From: a virus | Length of the DNA stretch: 42,016 nucleotides | Virus record (IMG/VR): IMGVR_UViG_3300022690_000657 | Span: 1-42,016 of that record | Strand: one strand, 5' to 3' | In this document: positions 32,529 through 40,368 of the stretch, piece by piece | Numbering within the stretch: position 1 is the stretch's first letter | Layout of the letters: every line of letters begins with the position of its first letter | Notes under the pieces: model-generated | Told to the model about the DNA's origin: nothing | Databases searched by the model: none | The model's input: the letters and a program-made list of their open reading frames with translations, nothing else | Translations under genes and position numbers: made by a program

Positions 32529-34000
32529 CTTTGAGAACCCATTCTTTTGAGTGGTTGTGGCATGATAAATGGTTTAATGGGTTGCAGTATATCACCTTTT
32601 GGTATTGAAAATCTGCGCATCATGTAAGCGTATCGAGCGGAGTCTAATATGTCATCCATTGCTTTAACTATCTTACCTTTGTCATCACGATGGTACTGAT
32701 TGAACTCTTCGAAGAAACCTCGACAACCTCTGAATACTTTAAATTGGCCTTTACGCATTAAATCATGGATGGCATAAATCCCACTCTCAACACTGATTCC
32801 GCCTGATTTCATCTTGCCGTCTTTGTTGTATGGTGGATGGGTCGCGTGATTTGCCAACATTTTAAATCCTGCATCCTTGTAATGTTTCATTTGCTGGACC
32901 GCATCATCCCGACCTTTCTCATGCTGCAATCCATCATGAGGCCAAGCTACTGGAATACCATCTTGCCAGGGCTTAACGACACCCAAAGCATCATTGGCAG
33001 ATATTTTAGATGCTTTGAACGCATGGGTTAAATAGAACGTCCCAGTATCTCTGTCTTCAACTAATTGAATATGTCCTTGCGGGTGATTCCAACCGAAATC
33101 CATACCGCCAATAACAAACCAATGCGGCGGAATATCAAACGGTTCACAAGTTATAAACTCTTCCGATAAATCATAGATGCGACCATGACCGAGCATCGGT
33201 ATACCCTTTGTCCGCATGTCACGTTGATGATCGGGATATTGAGCGATCATTCTTTCGCGCTTTTCTTCGGTAATATGCTCTGCGTCTAACCAACCTTTTT
33301 GCATGAAGAACTGATCTTTACTTCGATCATCCATAAACTTAATAACGAGCTCAGTCCGACCATTCTCAGGCGTGAAGGTATAAATACCACGACCGCCTTT
33401 ACCTTTATCACCGTTGATTGTTCGAGTTAATACCTGTGGCCTGATAGTTTGGTCGCGTGGCTCTTCATCAATATGGAACCAATCAACTACATCGCCCATG
33501 ATTGCATGCTGACCTTGAGAGTAGGACCAAAATTGCATGGTTGATGTACCACCTAAAACATGTCTAACACGTACCGTTCGCATGGCGTTAGGTGTACCAG
33601 TGGCTGATTCCCAGTTAAGTATTTTGTCTTTTGGTACCAGTCCGCCTTCAAATTCACCGTTGATATATTTACCAAATAGAGCGGTTTGCAATAAGTCTCG
33701 AGTCTTCTCCATAGAATAACCAAGACCCCAACAAAGCGGGGCAAAGCTAAACTTATGGCCTTCATAGTCTTTTGGATAGTTACCGGTTAGGTGGAACGCA
33801 TCAATAGTGGTGCCGAGATACGTCTTGCCGATTTGGTTGGCGGCGATGAGACATGATTCATGATAATTTCTGGTCGCCTTACAAAATTCTTTTTGCCAGG
33901 TGTAGAACTGATTGTATTGAAATATAGCTAGATTGTCGCGTCTGCGTTGTGCTAGCTCACGTTTGATTGCCACTTTACGTTGTAGTTGTGCACGATTCAC
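32522..34000 (-). CDS. terL: Terminase large subunit
   Basis: Walker A-like AANQIGKT and Walker B-like VVDWFHIDEEP. 492 aa. It overlaps the portal start. GTG start. Confidence 0.85.
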   Translation of the reverse strand: MNRAQLQRKVAIKRELAQRRRDNLAIFQYNQFYTWQKEFCKATRNYHESCLIAANQIGKTYLGTTIDAFHLTGNYPKDYEGHKFSFAPLCWGLGYSMEKTRDLLQTALFGKYINGEFEGGLVPKDKILNWESATGTPNAMRTVRVRHVLGGTSTMQFWSYSQGQHAIMGDVVDWFHIDEEPRDQTIRPQVLTRTINGDKGKGGRGIYTFTPENGRTELVIKFMDDRSKDQFFMQKGWLDAEHITEEKRERMIAQYPDHQRDMRTKGIPMLGHGRIYDLSEEFITCEPFDIPPHWFVIGGMDFGWNHPQGHIQLVEDRDTGTFYLTHAFKASKISANDALGVVKPWQDGIPVAWPHDGLQHEKGRDDAVQQMKHYKDAGFKMLANHATHPPYNKDGKMKSGGISVESGIYAIHDLMRKGQFKVFRGCRGFFEEFNQYHRDDKGKIVKAMDDILDSARYAYMMRRFSIPKGDILQPIKPFIMPQPLKRMGSQRC

Positions 34001-34009
34001 TGTGATTGG

Positions 34010-34411
34010 CTATATATTTAACTCGGTATTCATCCCAACACTGTAAGTTATTGAGTCAGCATCCACGTGAGTTAATTCTAACACGACGTTTTCAGGGATT
34101 AAGTCTTGGGCGGCCAATCCAGCCGCCGCAACAATATCCTTGCCAACCTTAAGAACAGTTGTTCCTATGGCGGTTATAGCTGCTATGCCAGGCAATAACT
34201 CGTAAGTTTTACCAGATGCTTTATCAGTGGCCAGTATCTTAGGCTGTATGCTAGGTGTTGCGGCAACAGCAGTTACATCGATAATGATATGAATGTTATA
34301 TAGGGACCCTTCAGATAGCGTGACTTTAGGTTCTGAAATAACGATATCATCCGGAGATGCAATTCTAGCGGCTGATGGCAATAACTCGAAAGACTGTTTT
34401 TTTGTGGACAT
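34010..34411 (-). CDS. Hypothetical beta-rich protein inserted between terS and terL
   Basis: 133-aa ORF with its own promoter and an AGGAAA Shine-Dalgarno. Confidence 0.6.
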   Translation of the reverse strand: MSTKKQSFELLPSAARIASPDDIVISEPKVTLSEGSLYNIHIIIDVTAVAATPSIQPKILATDKASGKTYELLPGIAAITAIGTTVLKVGKDIVAAAGLAAQDLIPENVVLELTHVDADSITYSVGMNTELNI

Positions 34412-34439
34412 TATATTTCCTATTTCAAGACAGATTATT

Positions 34440-34467
34440 ATTTTAAGATGATAACACAGTAAGTCAA
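34440..34467 (-). promoter_or_regulatory. Sigma70-like promoter TTGACT-16-TAAAAT
   Basis: Read on the minus strand in the 61-bp gap upstream of 34010..34411. Confidence 0.5.
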
Positions 34468-34472
34468 TTATC

Positions 34473-34658
34473 TTATTTAATCTTAACGCCGTATTCTAAC
34501 AACATCTCTTCAGCTAATTGAACGCGACCTAACAGAACCAATATTCTACCTGGCGGTTTAGGATTATCTTCAGACATCTGGCTTTTAAACTCTGCAACTT
34601 CTGTCATGGCTTTGGCGTGAAGTGAAAGTAACCTTGCTTTCCAGTTCATTTTTTTCAT
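34473..34658 (-). CDS. Small hypothetical protein
   Basis: 61-aa ORF immediately after terS. Confidence 0.5.
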   Translation of the reverse strand: MKKMNWKARLLSLHAKAMTEVAEFKSQMSEDNPKPPGRILVLLGRVQLAEEMLLEYGVKIK

Positions 34659-34661
34659 TAG

Positions 34662-35153
34662 TTAATCATCCGTCTGCAACTCATCCTCGAGCTCCTCATT
34701 GGTCATTTTTGACAAATCTTTCAACCCTATGATGCCTGTATGCTTTGTTTCTTGGTATATTCTATCGCCATACTTCTTAGGCTTTAGCTTGGATGCAGCC
34801 CATTTTCTCGTGTCCACTCTTAACTTTGCGTGGTTAACGCTAACTGCGTCTTTAACCATCACAATCTTACCATCAACCTCAACAGGCTTGCCGTCAATTA
34901 TAAGAGGTTGAGCAACCTGGTTATCTGCAATATCCAGCATATCTTCAACCAAAGCGTCGGCACTTTCTACCTTAGCCTTGTCGTATTGTTCGCAAAACTC
35001 TTGATAAGTTCTTATCCAACGAAACATTGTAGCGCAGTGAGGCATAGCGTCATCACGAGATATTGAACGCATTGACTCTCCACCCGCTAGACGTTCACAT
35101 ATGTCATCAGCAAGCTCTTGAGTGTATTTTGTTGGTCTACCTTGCTTAGCCAT
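34662..35153 (-). CDS. terS: Terminase small subunit
   Basis: MAKQGRPTKYTQELADDICERLAGGESMRSI is the typical small-terminase N-terminal HTH. The start is taken at the internal ATG at 35153. Confidence 0.75.
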   Translation of the reverse strand: MAKQGRPTKYTQELADDICERLAGGESMRSISRDDAMPHCATMFRWIRTYQEFCEQYDKAKVESADALVEDMLDIADNQVAQPLIIDGKPVEVDGKIVMVKDAVSVNHAKLRVDTRKWAASKLKPKKYGDRIYQETKHTGIIGLKDLSKMTNEELEDELQTDD

Positions 35154-35439
35154 TATGATCCCTATTGAATCCAGGAAAAAGACCTGCAGCCATAACAAAA
35201 ACATCGATCTTTTTTTCCTCGAACTGCTTTATAGATTCTTCTAGATGTTTAGCGTTATCCTCTGAGCTTAATAGATATTCTGTTTCTGTTTGCTTCTTAG
35301 TTACTTTGTAATCGACACCATGGCAGACAACTGTTTCACCTAAATTAGGAAGGTGAAGAGAAGTTACACCTTCAATCTCTTCTATCTCATAACCAGAAGC
35401 CTCAATAAAAGCTTTTAATAATTTCATTTCGTTAGTCAT
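35146..35439 (-). CDS. Hypothetical protein
   Basis: 97-aa ORF overlapping the terS start by 8 nt. Confidence 0.55.
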   Translation of the reverse strand: MTNEMKLLKAFIEASGYEIEEIEGVTSLHLPNLGETVVCHGVDYKVTKKQTETEYLLSSEDNAKHLEESIKQFEEKKIDVFVMAAGLFPGFNRDHNG

Positions 35440-35446
35440 TTAGCAC

Positions 35447-35805
35447 CTATTTAACGTTAAAAACTCTAATTCTACCGCCAGTATAAGTATCGCGTGTCAT
35501 AGCGTACTTAACAGCTTCTTTTGCTGATTTGCCGTGATCCATGGCTGCTATAGCGAAGTCACGACCGCTCCCAAGACCCTTGTTGTATTTTATAATTTGT
35601 TCACAAAATACACAGTCAGCAATGAAAACAAAATACACCACGCTGTTAGTTATTCTTAATCCTGAAACATCAAGTTCTAAATCTTTGCTTATAATTTCGT
35701 TTTTACTATTTTGTTGAATTTTTCTGTCTCTATTACCCCGCCAGCACAAGACCTGCTGTCAACAGCTATTTGTCTGTCACCATGATGATAGGCTATTGTC
35801 GTCAT
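35447..35805 (-). pseudogene. Ntn-hydrolase (HslV / proteasome-beta-like) gene split by a -1 frame change at an A5 run
   Basis: Frame A (35805-35689): MTTIAYHHGDRQIAVDSRSCAGGVIETEKFNKIVKTKL*. Frame B continues ...NEIISKD...GLGSGRDFAIAAMDHGKSAKEAVKYAMTRDTYTGGRIRVFNVK. The frames meet at AAAAA (35700-35704). Confidence 0.45.
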
Positions 35806-36005
35806 TAGAAATGCTCCTCTGAGTCATCGCCACAATTATCACCTACCTTAACAGTATCCGTTATCTCGTAATTACCCTTATCGTCAATGATAGTTAGGTT
35901 TTGATTTGGAAATACTTCCACAGGCTTACCATTGATTTCAACTATTCCTGGAAGCTCGCCAGAATAGTTGAATCTATCTTCATCTGTGTCGAATTGATTA
36001 TTCAT
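35805..36005 (-). CDS. Small acidic hypothetical protein
   Basis: 66-aa ORF. Confidence 0.55.
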   Translation of the reverse strand: MNNQFDTDEDRFNYSGELPGIVEINGKPVEVFPNQNLTIIDDKGNYEITDTVKVGDNCGDDSEEHF

Positions 36006-36249
36006 AACTTACATCAACTGGTTGATAAGTTGCTTTTCCTGGTTTGTTGATTCCGTAGTAACTATTAAATCCCTTTATTACTTCCCACGCATCAAAATCT
36101 TTTTTGTGAGGGTTTGCTATATCATCTTCTGAATAAAGACTGTAATCACCATCGTTTTCTTCTATTCTTTGCCACTTTGCAAACAGATGCTTCTTGACTT
36201 GAGGGAAAAATCCTCGACGTGGATTGTGTTTTATTCTGTATTTAACCAT
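35998..36249 (-). CDS. Hypothetical protein (83 aa)
   Basis: ORF 35998..36270. The ATG at 36249 overlaps the upstream stop (ATGGTTAA). Confidence 0.55.
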   Translation of the reverse strand: MVKYRIKHNPRRGFFPQVKKHLFAKWQRIEENDGDYSLYSEDDIANPHKKDFDAWEVIKGFNSYYGINKPGKATYQPVDVSYE

Positions 36250-36412
36250 TACCCTTCCCCTTAATAACAACGCATCCAGCTACAATTACGTCAAAGAACT
36301 GTCTGTTGGCGTAATAATTACGCTCTAACATTCGTACTGACTTATTTGCTATGATTGAAGCCTCAATGGTTGAGGCCAATCCTGCTTCTTTAATTGCTTT
36401 GGATGCTGACAT
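36242..36412 (-). CDS. Small hypothetical protein (56 aa)
   Basis: Hand translation MSASKAIKEAGLASTIEASIIANKSVRMLERNYYANRQFF... Confidence 0.4.
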   Translation of the reverse strand: MSASKAIKEAGLASTIEASIIANKSVRMLERNYYANRQFFDVIVAGCVVIKGKGNG

Positions 36413-36470
36413 GACTATACAATACGACTATGTGCCGCATTTATCAAGAGGTATTTGTTGGTTAAGTAAT

Positions 36471-36572
36471 TTAATAACCTTTCTTAGTGTTTTTCTTACC
36501 CTTATTCTTATTCTTCTTGTGGGTTTTCGCTCTCTGTCCACGCTTGGGCATTTTTTTATCTTTGTGAGCCAT
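36471..36572 (-). CDS. 33-aa polybasic peptide
   Basis: Hand translation MAHKDKKMPKRGQRAKTHKKNKNKGKKNTKKGY, with a GAGGAT Shine-Dalgarno 6 nt upstream. Confidence 0.4.
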   Translation of the reverse strand: MAHKDKKMPKRGQRAKTHKKNKNKGKKNTKKGY

Positions 36573-36751
36573 AATGTTATCCTCGTTTTAAGTGGGTTTG
36601 GCTGTGAACTTCTATTAAATAAAAAGTGCCGCTAAACTACATACGGCTAGTGTGGCCTACATTGGCCTTTAGGGATTCTTTAATTTCTTCTTCACGTTCT
36701 TTCATTCGCTTTAAATAGCGTTTACGCCTGATTTTTCTTTCTTCGTCGAGA

Positions 36752-37030
36752 TCAGTTTTTATGAAGCTCGTCATGTTCTTTGTTGACGCTGCACTGAGAG
36801 ATAATTCTTTCTTGGTACATTATAATATGCTCTTCGTAAGAATCAAATACGTTATCGGGGATACTGTTTAATTCTTCATCCGTGAATCTCTCTGACAGCC
36901 TTGTCAAGCTCTTGTCAATGCAGCCAATAGGATTATGTGCTATCTCTATAGTTTCACAACCTACCAGCCCTATCACGGCGAGACTTGCCAGAATTAGCTT
37001 TGACACGTTCTTTAATTCTTTCATCTTCAT
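36752..37030 (-). CDS. o-spanin (outer-membrane lipoprotein, Rz1-like)
   Basis: Signal peptide with lipobox LVG-C. Its start is embedded in the 3' end of the i-spanin gene. Confidence 0.7.
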   Translation of the reverse strand: MKMKELKNVSKLILASLAVIGLVGCETIEIAHNPIGCIDKSLTRLSERFTDEELNSIPDNVFDSYEEHIIMYQERIISQCSVNKEHDELHKN

Positions 37031-37220
37031 GTTTTAAAATCTCTTCTGTTATTTCGTCTTGATCTTCCTTTATCTCGTTTATTTTATCATGGACTTTGTT
37101 TTTATGCTCAAGCTGCTTGTTTTCAGCCCTTAGATATTTAATCCAACCAAACATGATTAGACCGATAAAGGATGCTACGGCGTACATCTTAGCTTTAATT
37201 GGTGCTAAGAAATCAAGCAT
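36954..37220 (-). CDS. i-spanin (Rz-like)
   Basis: N-terminal TM segment VASFIGLIMFGWIKYL followed by a charged coiled coil. The first ATG is at 37220. Confidence 0.65.
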   Translation of the reverse strand: MLDFLAPIKAKMYAVASFIGLIMFGWIKYLRAENKQLEHKNKVHDKINEIKEDQDEITEEILKHEDERIKERVKANSGKSRRDRAGRL

Positions 37221-37410
37221 CACTGTTGGCCTTTGTGTGGCTTCTTCCAAAATATAATGCCGCTACAGGGCTCAAAAACATAGCTAAACCTGCGTAATCT
37301 GGAGCCTCTTGCATAAATATTTTAACTAGGCATGATATTAAAGTAATCCAAAAAGCCATCTTAGCAGCACACACTTTGCCATCTTTATCACAAACTAAAT
37401 CTTTCATCAC
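37213..37410 (-). CDS. Holin (65 aa, two TM segments, dual Met-Met-Lys start)
   Basis: TM segments MAFWITLISCLVKIF and YAGLAMFLSPVAALYF, with a charged C-terminus. It heads the spanin genes. Confidence 0.6.
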   Translation of the reverse strand: MMKDLVCDKDGKVCAAKMAFWITLISCLVKIFMQEAPDYAGLAMFLSPVAALYFGRSHTKANSDA

Positions 37411-37422
37411 CCTTCCCCATAT

Positions 37423-37431
37423 ATGTTTAAT
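37423..37431. repeat. 9-bp direct repeat ATGTTTAAT, left copy (right copy at 37963-37971), flanking the plus-strand cassette
   Basis: Exact 9-mer found at both borders of the inverted-orientation cassette. Confidence 0.6.
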
Positions 37432-37437
37432 CTGTCA

Positions 37438-37446
37438 ATTATATCA
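37438..37446 (-). promoter_or_regulatory. Extended -10 promoter TGATATAAT facing the holin / late operon
   Basis: Read on the minus strand about 28 nt upstream of the holin ATG. Confidence 0.5.
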
Positions 37447-37482
37447 CATTGAAAATATATTTCATTATATTAAATATAACGC

Positions 37483-37510
37483 TTGTGTAATATTACAGAT
37501 GTGTTACTAT
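37483..37510 (+). promoter_or_regulatory. Promoter TTGTGT-16-TACTAT with the perfect palindrome TGTAATATTACA (37486-37497) overlapping the -35 box and spacer
   Basis: Read on the plus strand upstream of 37553..37789. Confidence 0.5.
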
Positions 37511-37552
37511 GGTTTCAGGTTAAGCAAATACACAAACACAAGGAACGGGAAA

Positions 37553-37789
37553 ATGAACACTTACCAAAAGATTGAAGCGGCGATTAATAATATTAAAAAC
37601 ATACACCAAGAAGCTGGTAACGAGTTACATCAACAATTATTTCATGCTGGTAATTCTGGCTGGTCTAGAGAAGATTTGTCAGAATATGTCAAAAGCGATA
37701 ATGATGTCGTAGACCATTTTGGTTGTGAGAATATTCTAGATGAAATTAGAGAAATTCAAGACTCTATCATTAATTTTTTTGGCGAATAA
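37553..37789 (+). CDS. Small acidic protein (78 aa); anti-defence candidate
   Basis: Internal ATG of ORF 37376..37789, preceded by AAGGAACGGGAA. It is rich in Asp/Glu and has no recognisable family. Confidence 0.55.
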   Translation: MNTYQKIEAAINNIKNIHQEAGNELHQQLFHAGNSGWSREDLSEYVKSDNDVVDHFGCENILDEIREIQDSIINFFGE

Positions 37790-37790
37790 A

Positions 37791-37970
37791 ATGAAACTAA
37801 AAGAATTTGCAAATAAATACAAATGCCGCGCTGATTGTGCGGCAGCCCTCGGCATTAAAACCAAATACTTGACCGTATTAATTAGTCGAAATAGGAATTT
37901 CATACAACTTAAGGGCGGTAATTGGGTGATTTTGTCGCACGGACATAAATTATTTAATCTTGATGTTTAA
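37791..37970 (+). CDS. Small HTH protein (59 aa); Aca-like, paralogue of 978..1175
   Basis: MKLKEFANKYKCRADCAAALGIKTKYLTVLIS...GGNWVILSHGHKLFNL. It starts 1 nt after the upstream stop. Confidence 0.55.
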   Translation: MKLKEFANKYKCRADCAAALGIKTKYLTVLISRNRNFIQLKGGNWVILSHGHKLFNLDV

Positions 37971-37971
37971 T
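37963..37971. repeat. 9-bp direct repeat ATGTTTAAT, right copy
   Basis: See the left copy. Confidence 0.6.
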
Positions 37972-37973
37972 AT

Positions 37974-38369
37974 TTACAATCCCAAATCCTTTGGGTCAAC
38001 GTAATTGCCTTGCAAATCTTTTATTTCTAAGTGAACGTGCTCTGTTATTTTGGGATATCTATCACCTAGCTTTTGTGATGAACCTATAATATCGTCATCA
38101 GTAACATAATCGCCTATCGATACAAACGGCTTAACATAAAAAACCCTTACATTATAGCCCTCTTTGGTGGTTATCTGAACGTATCTAAATGATGTGTCAT
38201 TTGCATATGGATAGCCAAGCTTTGTTACTTCACCCTCAACCGGGGAAAATACGTGTGAGCCAGGCGTACAGGCGTGATCAACACCGTTATGAATTCTAGA
38301 TCCTCTACTCGCTCCAAAATGACCGCAACCAAACGAATCTCTTTCTCTTAAGGGTGCTATAAGCTTCAT
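37974..38369 (-). CDS. M23-family peptidase endolysin
   Basis: RIHNGVDHAC (HxxxD) and EHVHLEI (HxH) zinc motifs. It has an ATGA overlap with the upstream gene. Confidence 0.8.
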   Translation of the reverse strand: MKLIAPLRERDSFGCGHFGASRGSRIHNGVDHACTPGSHVFSPVEGEVTKLGYPYANDTSFRYVQITTKEGYNVRVFYVKPFVSIGDYVTDDDIIGSSQKLGDRYPKITEHVHLEIKDLQGNYVDPKDLGL

Positions 38370-38695
38370 TTCATTACCCAATCAGCCAAATCTTTTCCGA
38401 ATGTTCCAAGAGCGCCAGCCAAAATGATACCACCACCCCATATAATTTTATTTGCTATTGATGTTAGTTTACTATTCGCTTGAACCGCCTCTTTTAGTTT
38501 GACGATATCACTAGTGTTTTTGTTAACTTTCTCTTCTATTCTGTCATGCTTATGAAAATAACTTAACAATTTCTCATGCATTGTTTTGTTATCTGATGCC
38601 ATCTGTTCGAGGGCTTTTGATGTCCTGTCGTTGCTCTCTGCATTCATCTTCACGTAGAGATTGAACTCGGGCCTTGAAATGTGTTCGTCTTTCAT
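38366..38695 (-). CDS. Coiled-coil protein with a C-terminal TM anchor
   Basis: 109 aa. C-terminal IIWGGGIILAGALGTFG. Confidence 0.5.
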   Translation of the reverse strand: MKDEHISRPEFNLYVKMNAESNDRTSKALEQMASDNKTMHEKLLSYFHKHDRIEEKVNKNTSDIVKLKEAVQANSKLTSIANKIIWGGGIILAGALGTFGKDLADWVMK

Positions 38696-39243
38696 GCCAG
38701 ACCCCCACTAACAGGCCTACGATAAGACATATAAAACCGGTCAGTAAATATGGTATAAGTTCTTGCATGCTTCCCTAGCTTGCTTATTAGCAATTTGTTG
38801 TAAGATGCCATATAAATTAACTGCATTAACATGATGAAACCCAATATATTCGAGTAACCATTATACATTTGTTCACCAGAAAATCCAAAAACGGAATATT
38901 CGTAGTATGGGGCAATCATTAAGATATTGTATATTGCAGCAATTGATATTAGCGCAACTATCATTATAGACACGTCATAACCTTTTTTTGCAGCAAGATA
39001 CAATAAGTAAATAGATGTAAATTGTATTGATGAGTAAGCAAGATACATTCCAGAATTATCAAGAAGGTTTGTCATCCTTAAGCCTATAATGGCTGCAACC
39101 TTACACATGATAAACTCAATTAACAGGATAAAAATTGATAGTGATTTAGGTCTAACTGAATATACAAATAGGAAAAAGGCCGTAATTAAGCAGCCTGCTG
39201 AAAAAAATTCACTATTAAACAACCAGCTCAGAAAATTCATCAT
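38692..39243 (-). CDS. Polytopic membrane protein (about 5 TM segments)
   Basis: 183-aa hydrophobic ORF. Confidence 0.55.
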   Translation of the reverse strand: MMNFLSWLFNSEFFSAGCLITAFFLFVYSVRPKSLSIFILLIEFIMCKVAAIIGLRMTNLLDNSGMYLAYSSIQFTSIYLLYLAAKKGYDVSIMIVALISIAAIYNILMIAPYYEYSVFGFSGEQMYNGYSNILGFIMLMQLIYMASYNKLLISKLGKHARTYTIFTDRFYMSYRRPVSGGLA

Positions 39244-39304
39244 TTTTTTGATTTCTTTCTTCTCTTAGGTTTTGGTGGTGGCTTCGGCTTATCGTTGTTA
39301 CTCA

Positions 39305-39496
39305 TTACGCTACCCTCTCTAATTTACAGTTTCTAAAATTCAATACTATATCGTTCAACCTTGCTATCGCGAAAGCTGTTTCTACCGATCCAATACCGCA
39401 AAGAATAAGCTCATCATATTTGTGTATCTGCCAGTGATTATGCTGGAAGACGATATTATACATTTTATTAACATTTAATAACCTTGTTAGTTTCAA
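39305..39496 (-). CDS. Hypothetical protein (start uncertain: TTG at 39496 or ATG at 39463)
   Basis: 63-aa ORF. Confidence 0.4.
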   Translation of the reverse strand: MKLTRLLNVNKMYNIVFQHNHWQIHKYDELILCGIGSVETAFAIARLNDIVLNFRNCKLERVA

Positions 39497-39548
39497 TCTT
39501 CATTATAAGATATTAGGTTGACAAGTACAAATCGTCAAAATTCCTTGG

Positions 39549-39746
39549 TTAATAATCTTCAAATCCAGCTTTATAATCAGCTTTCGGTATGCAATGTATA
39601 TTGAAATTCGTGGAGCTGATATTCCAGTGAACCAACATATAATTTTCATTACAAGACGGAAAATAAAAAGTATCCTCATTCCAACTACTTGCCCGACATT
39701 CAATTAAAACAAGCGGTTCATTCGTACTCTTATTATCAATAATCAT
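39549..39746 (-). CDS. Hypothetical early protein
   Basis: 65-aa ORF preceded by GGGGAAAGTTCATT. Confidence 0.55.
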   Translation of the reverse strand: MIIDNKSTNEPLVLIECRASSWNEDTFYFPSCNENYMLVHWNISSTNFNIHCIPKADYKAGFEDY

Positions 39747-39770
39747 AATGAACTTTCCCCGTAACTTTAT

Positions 39771-39947
39771 TTAGTCAATTTCTCGATCTTTTATTGTTTC
39801 AATTAGGATATCCACCGCGACAATCCATGTGAAAACGACAACTATAAATATCCAAAACTTTCGAAGGCAAAAGCTCCTCCATGAAATCACTCCAAATACG
39901 ACCCCAATCATCAGGTACGCATATAGAAAAACATTAAATAAATCCAT
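39771..39947 (-). CDS. Small membrane protein (58 aa)
   Basis: Hand translation MDLFNVFLYAYLMIGVVFGVISW...FWIFIVVVFTWIVAV..., preceded by GGGGAAAGTTTT. Confidence 0.45.
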   Translation of the reverse strand: MDLFNVFLYAYLMIGVVFGVISWRSFCLRKFWIFIVVVFTWIVAVDILIETIKDREID

Positions 39948-39961
39948 AAAACTTTCCCCAT

Positions 39962-40147
39962 TTACTCAGATTGATTACATTTGGCTTCAGGGTCTTTGCG
40001 ACCAAGGCCATATTTACATTCTTCACAACTTAAATAAGACTCATAACCACATTCAAATTCAATCCCCGCATCTGGCGTATTATCTGACCAGCCTTTGCAT
40101 TTTGGATGGCGTCCATTATATTTTGGATTTTTAAATTGAATATTCAT
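39962..40147 (-). CDS. Small Cys-rich protein
   Basis: 61-aa ORF preceded by GGGAATTTTTTTA. Confidence 0.55.
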   Translation of the reverse strand: MNIQFKNPKYNGRHPKCKGWSDNTPDAGIEFECGYESYLSCEECKYGLGRKDPEAKCNQSE

Positions 40148-40159
40148 TAAAAAAATTCC

Positions 40160-40351
40160 CTATAAGTCTTTGCAATATGCTGGTAAACATAAAGATTTAT
40201 AATGTGTGAAATATATAAGCCCACTGGTAGGATGAATAAACTCAATCTCATCGTCATCAGACCAACGATAATATACTGCTATCTTCCAATTATCGGTTTC
40301 AATAACGCCAACTAATGGATATTTTCTATTTGGTTTATTTACTGTTTGCAT
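40160..40351 (-). CDS. Hypothetical early protein
   Basis: 63-aa ORF. Confidence 0.55.
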   Translation of the reverse strand: MQTVNKPNRKYPLVGVIETDNWKIAVYYRWSDDDEIEFIHPTSGLIYFTHYKSLCLPAYCKDL

Positions 40352-40368
40352 TTTAAGTTTCCTTGTAA

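Noticed and set aside
18530-33765. Same-strand out-of-frame ORFs inside large structural genes (18530..18760, 24503..24796, 26355..26597, 28910..29233, 31979..32218, 33553..33765)
   Set aside because: Each is fully nested in a gene with strong family motifs in the other frame.
36351-36635. 94-aa plus-strand ORF
   Set aside because: It conflicts with compact minus-strand small ORFs that have good Shine-Dalgarno sites (36242..36412, 36471..36572). It sits in a uniformly minus-strand operon.
39510-39538. Promoter TTGACG-17-TAATAT upstream of 39305..39496
   Set aside because: The spacing to the nearest plausible start codon gives essentially no leader, and the gene start itself is uncertain (TTG or a downstream ATG).
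39503-40134. ORFs 39503..39703 (-) and 39829..40134 (+)
   Set aside because: The first overlaps 39549..39746 out of frame. The second is antisense to two minus-strand genes that carry the recurrent initiation motif.
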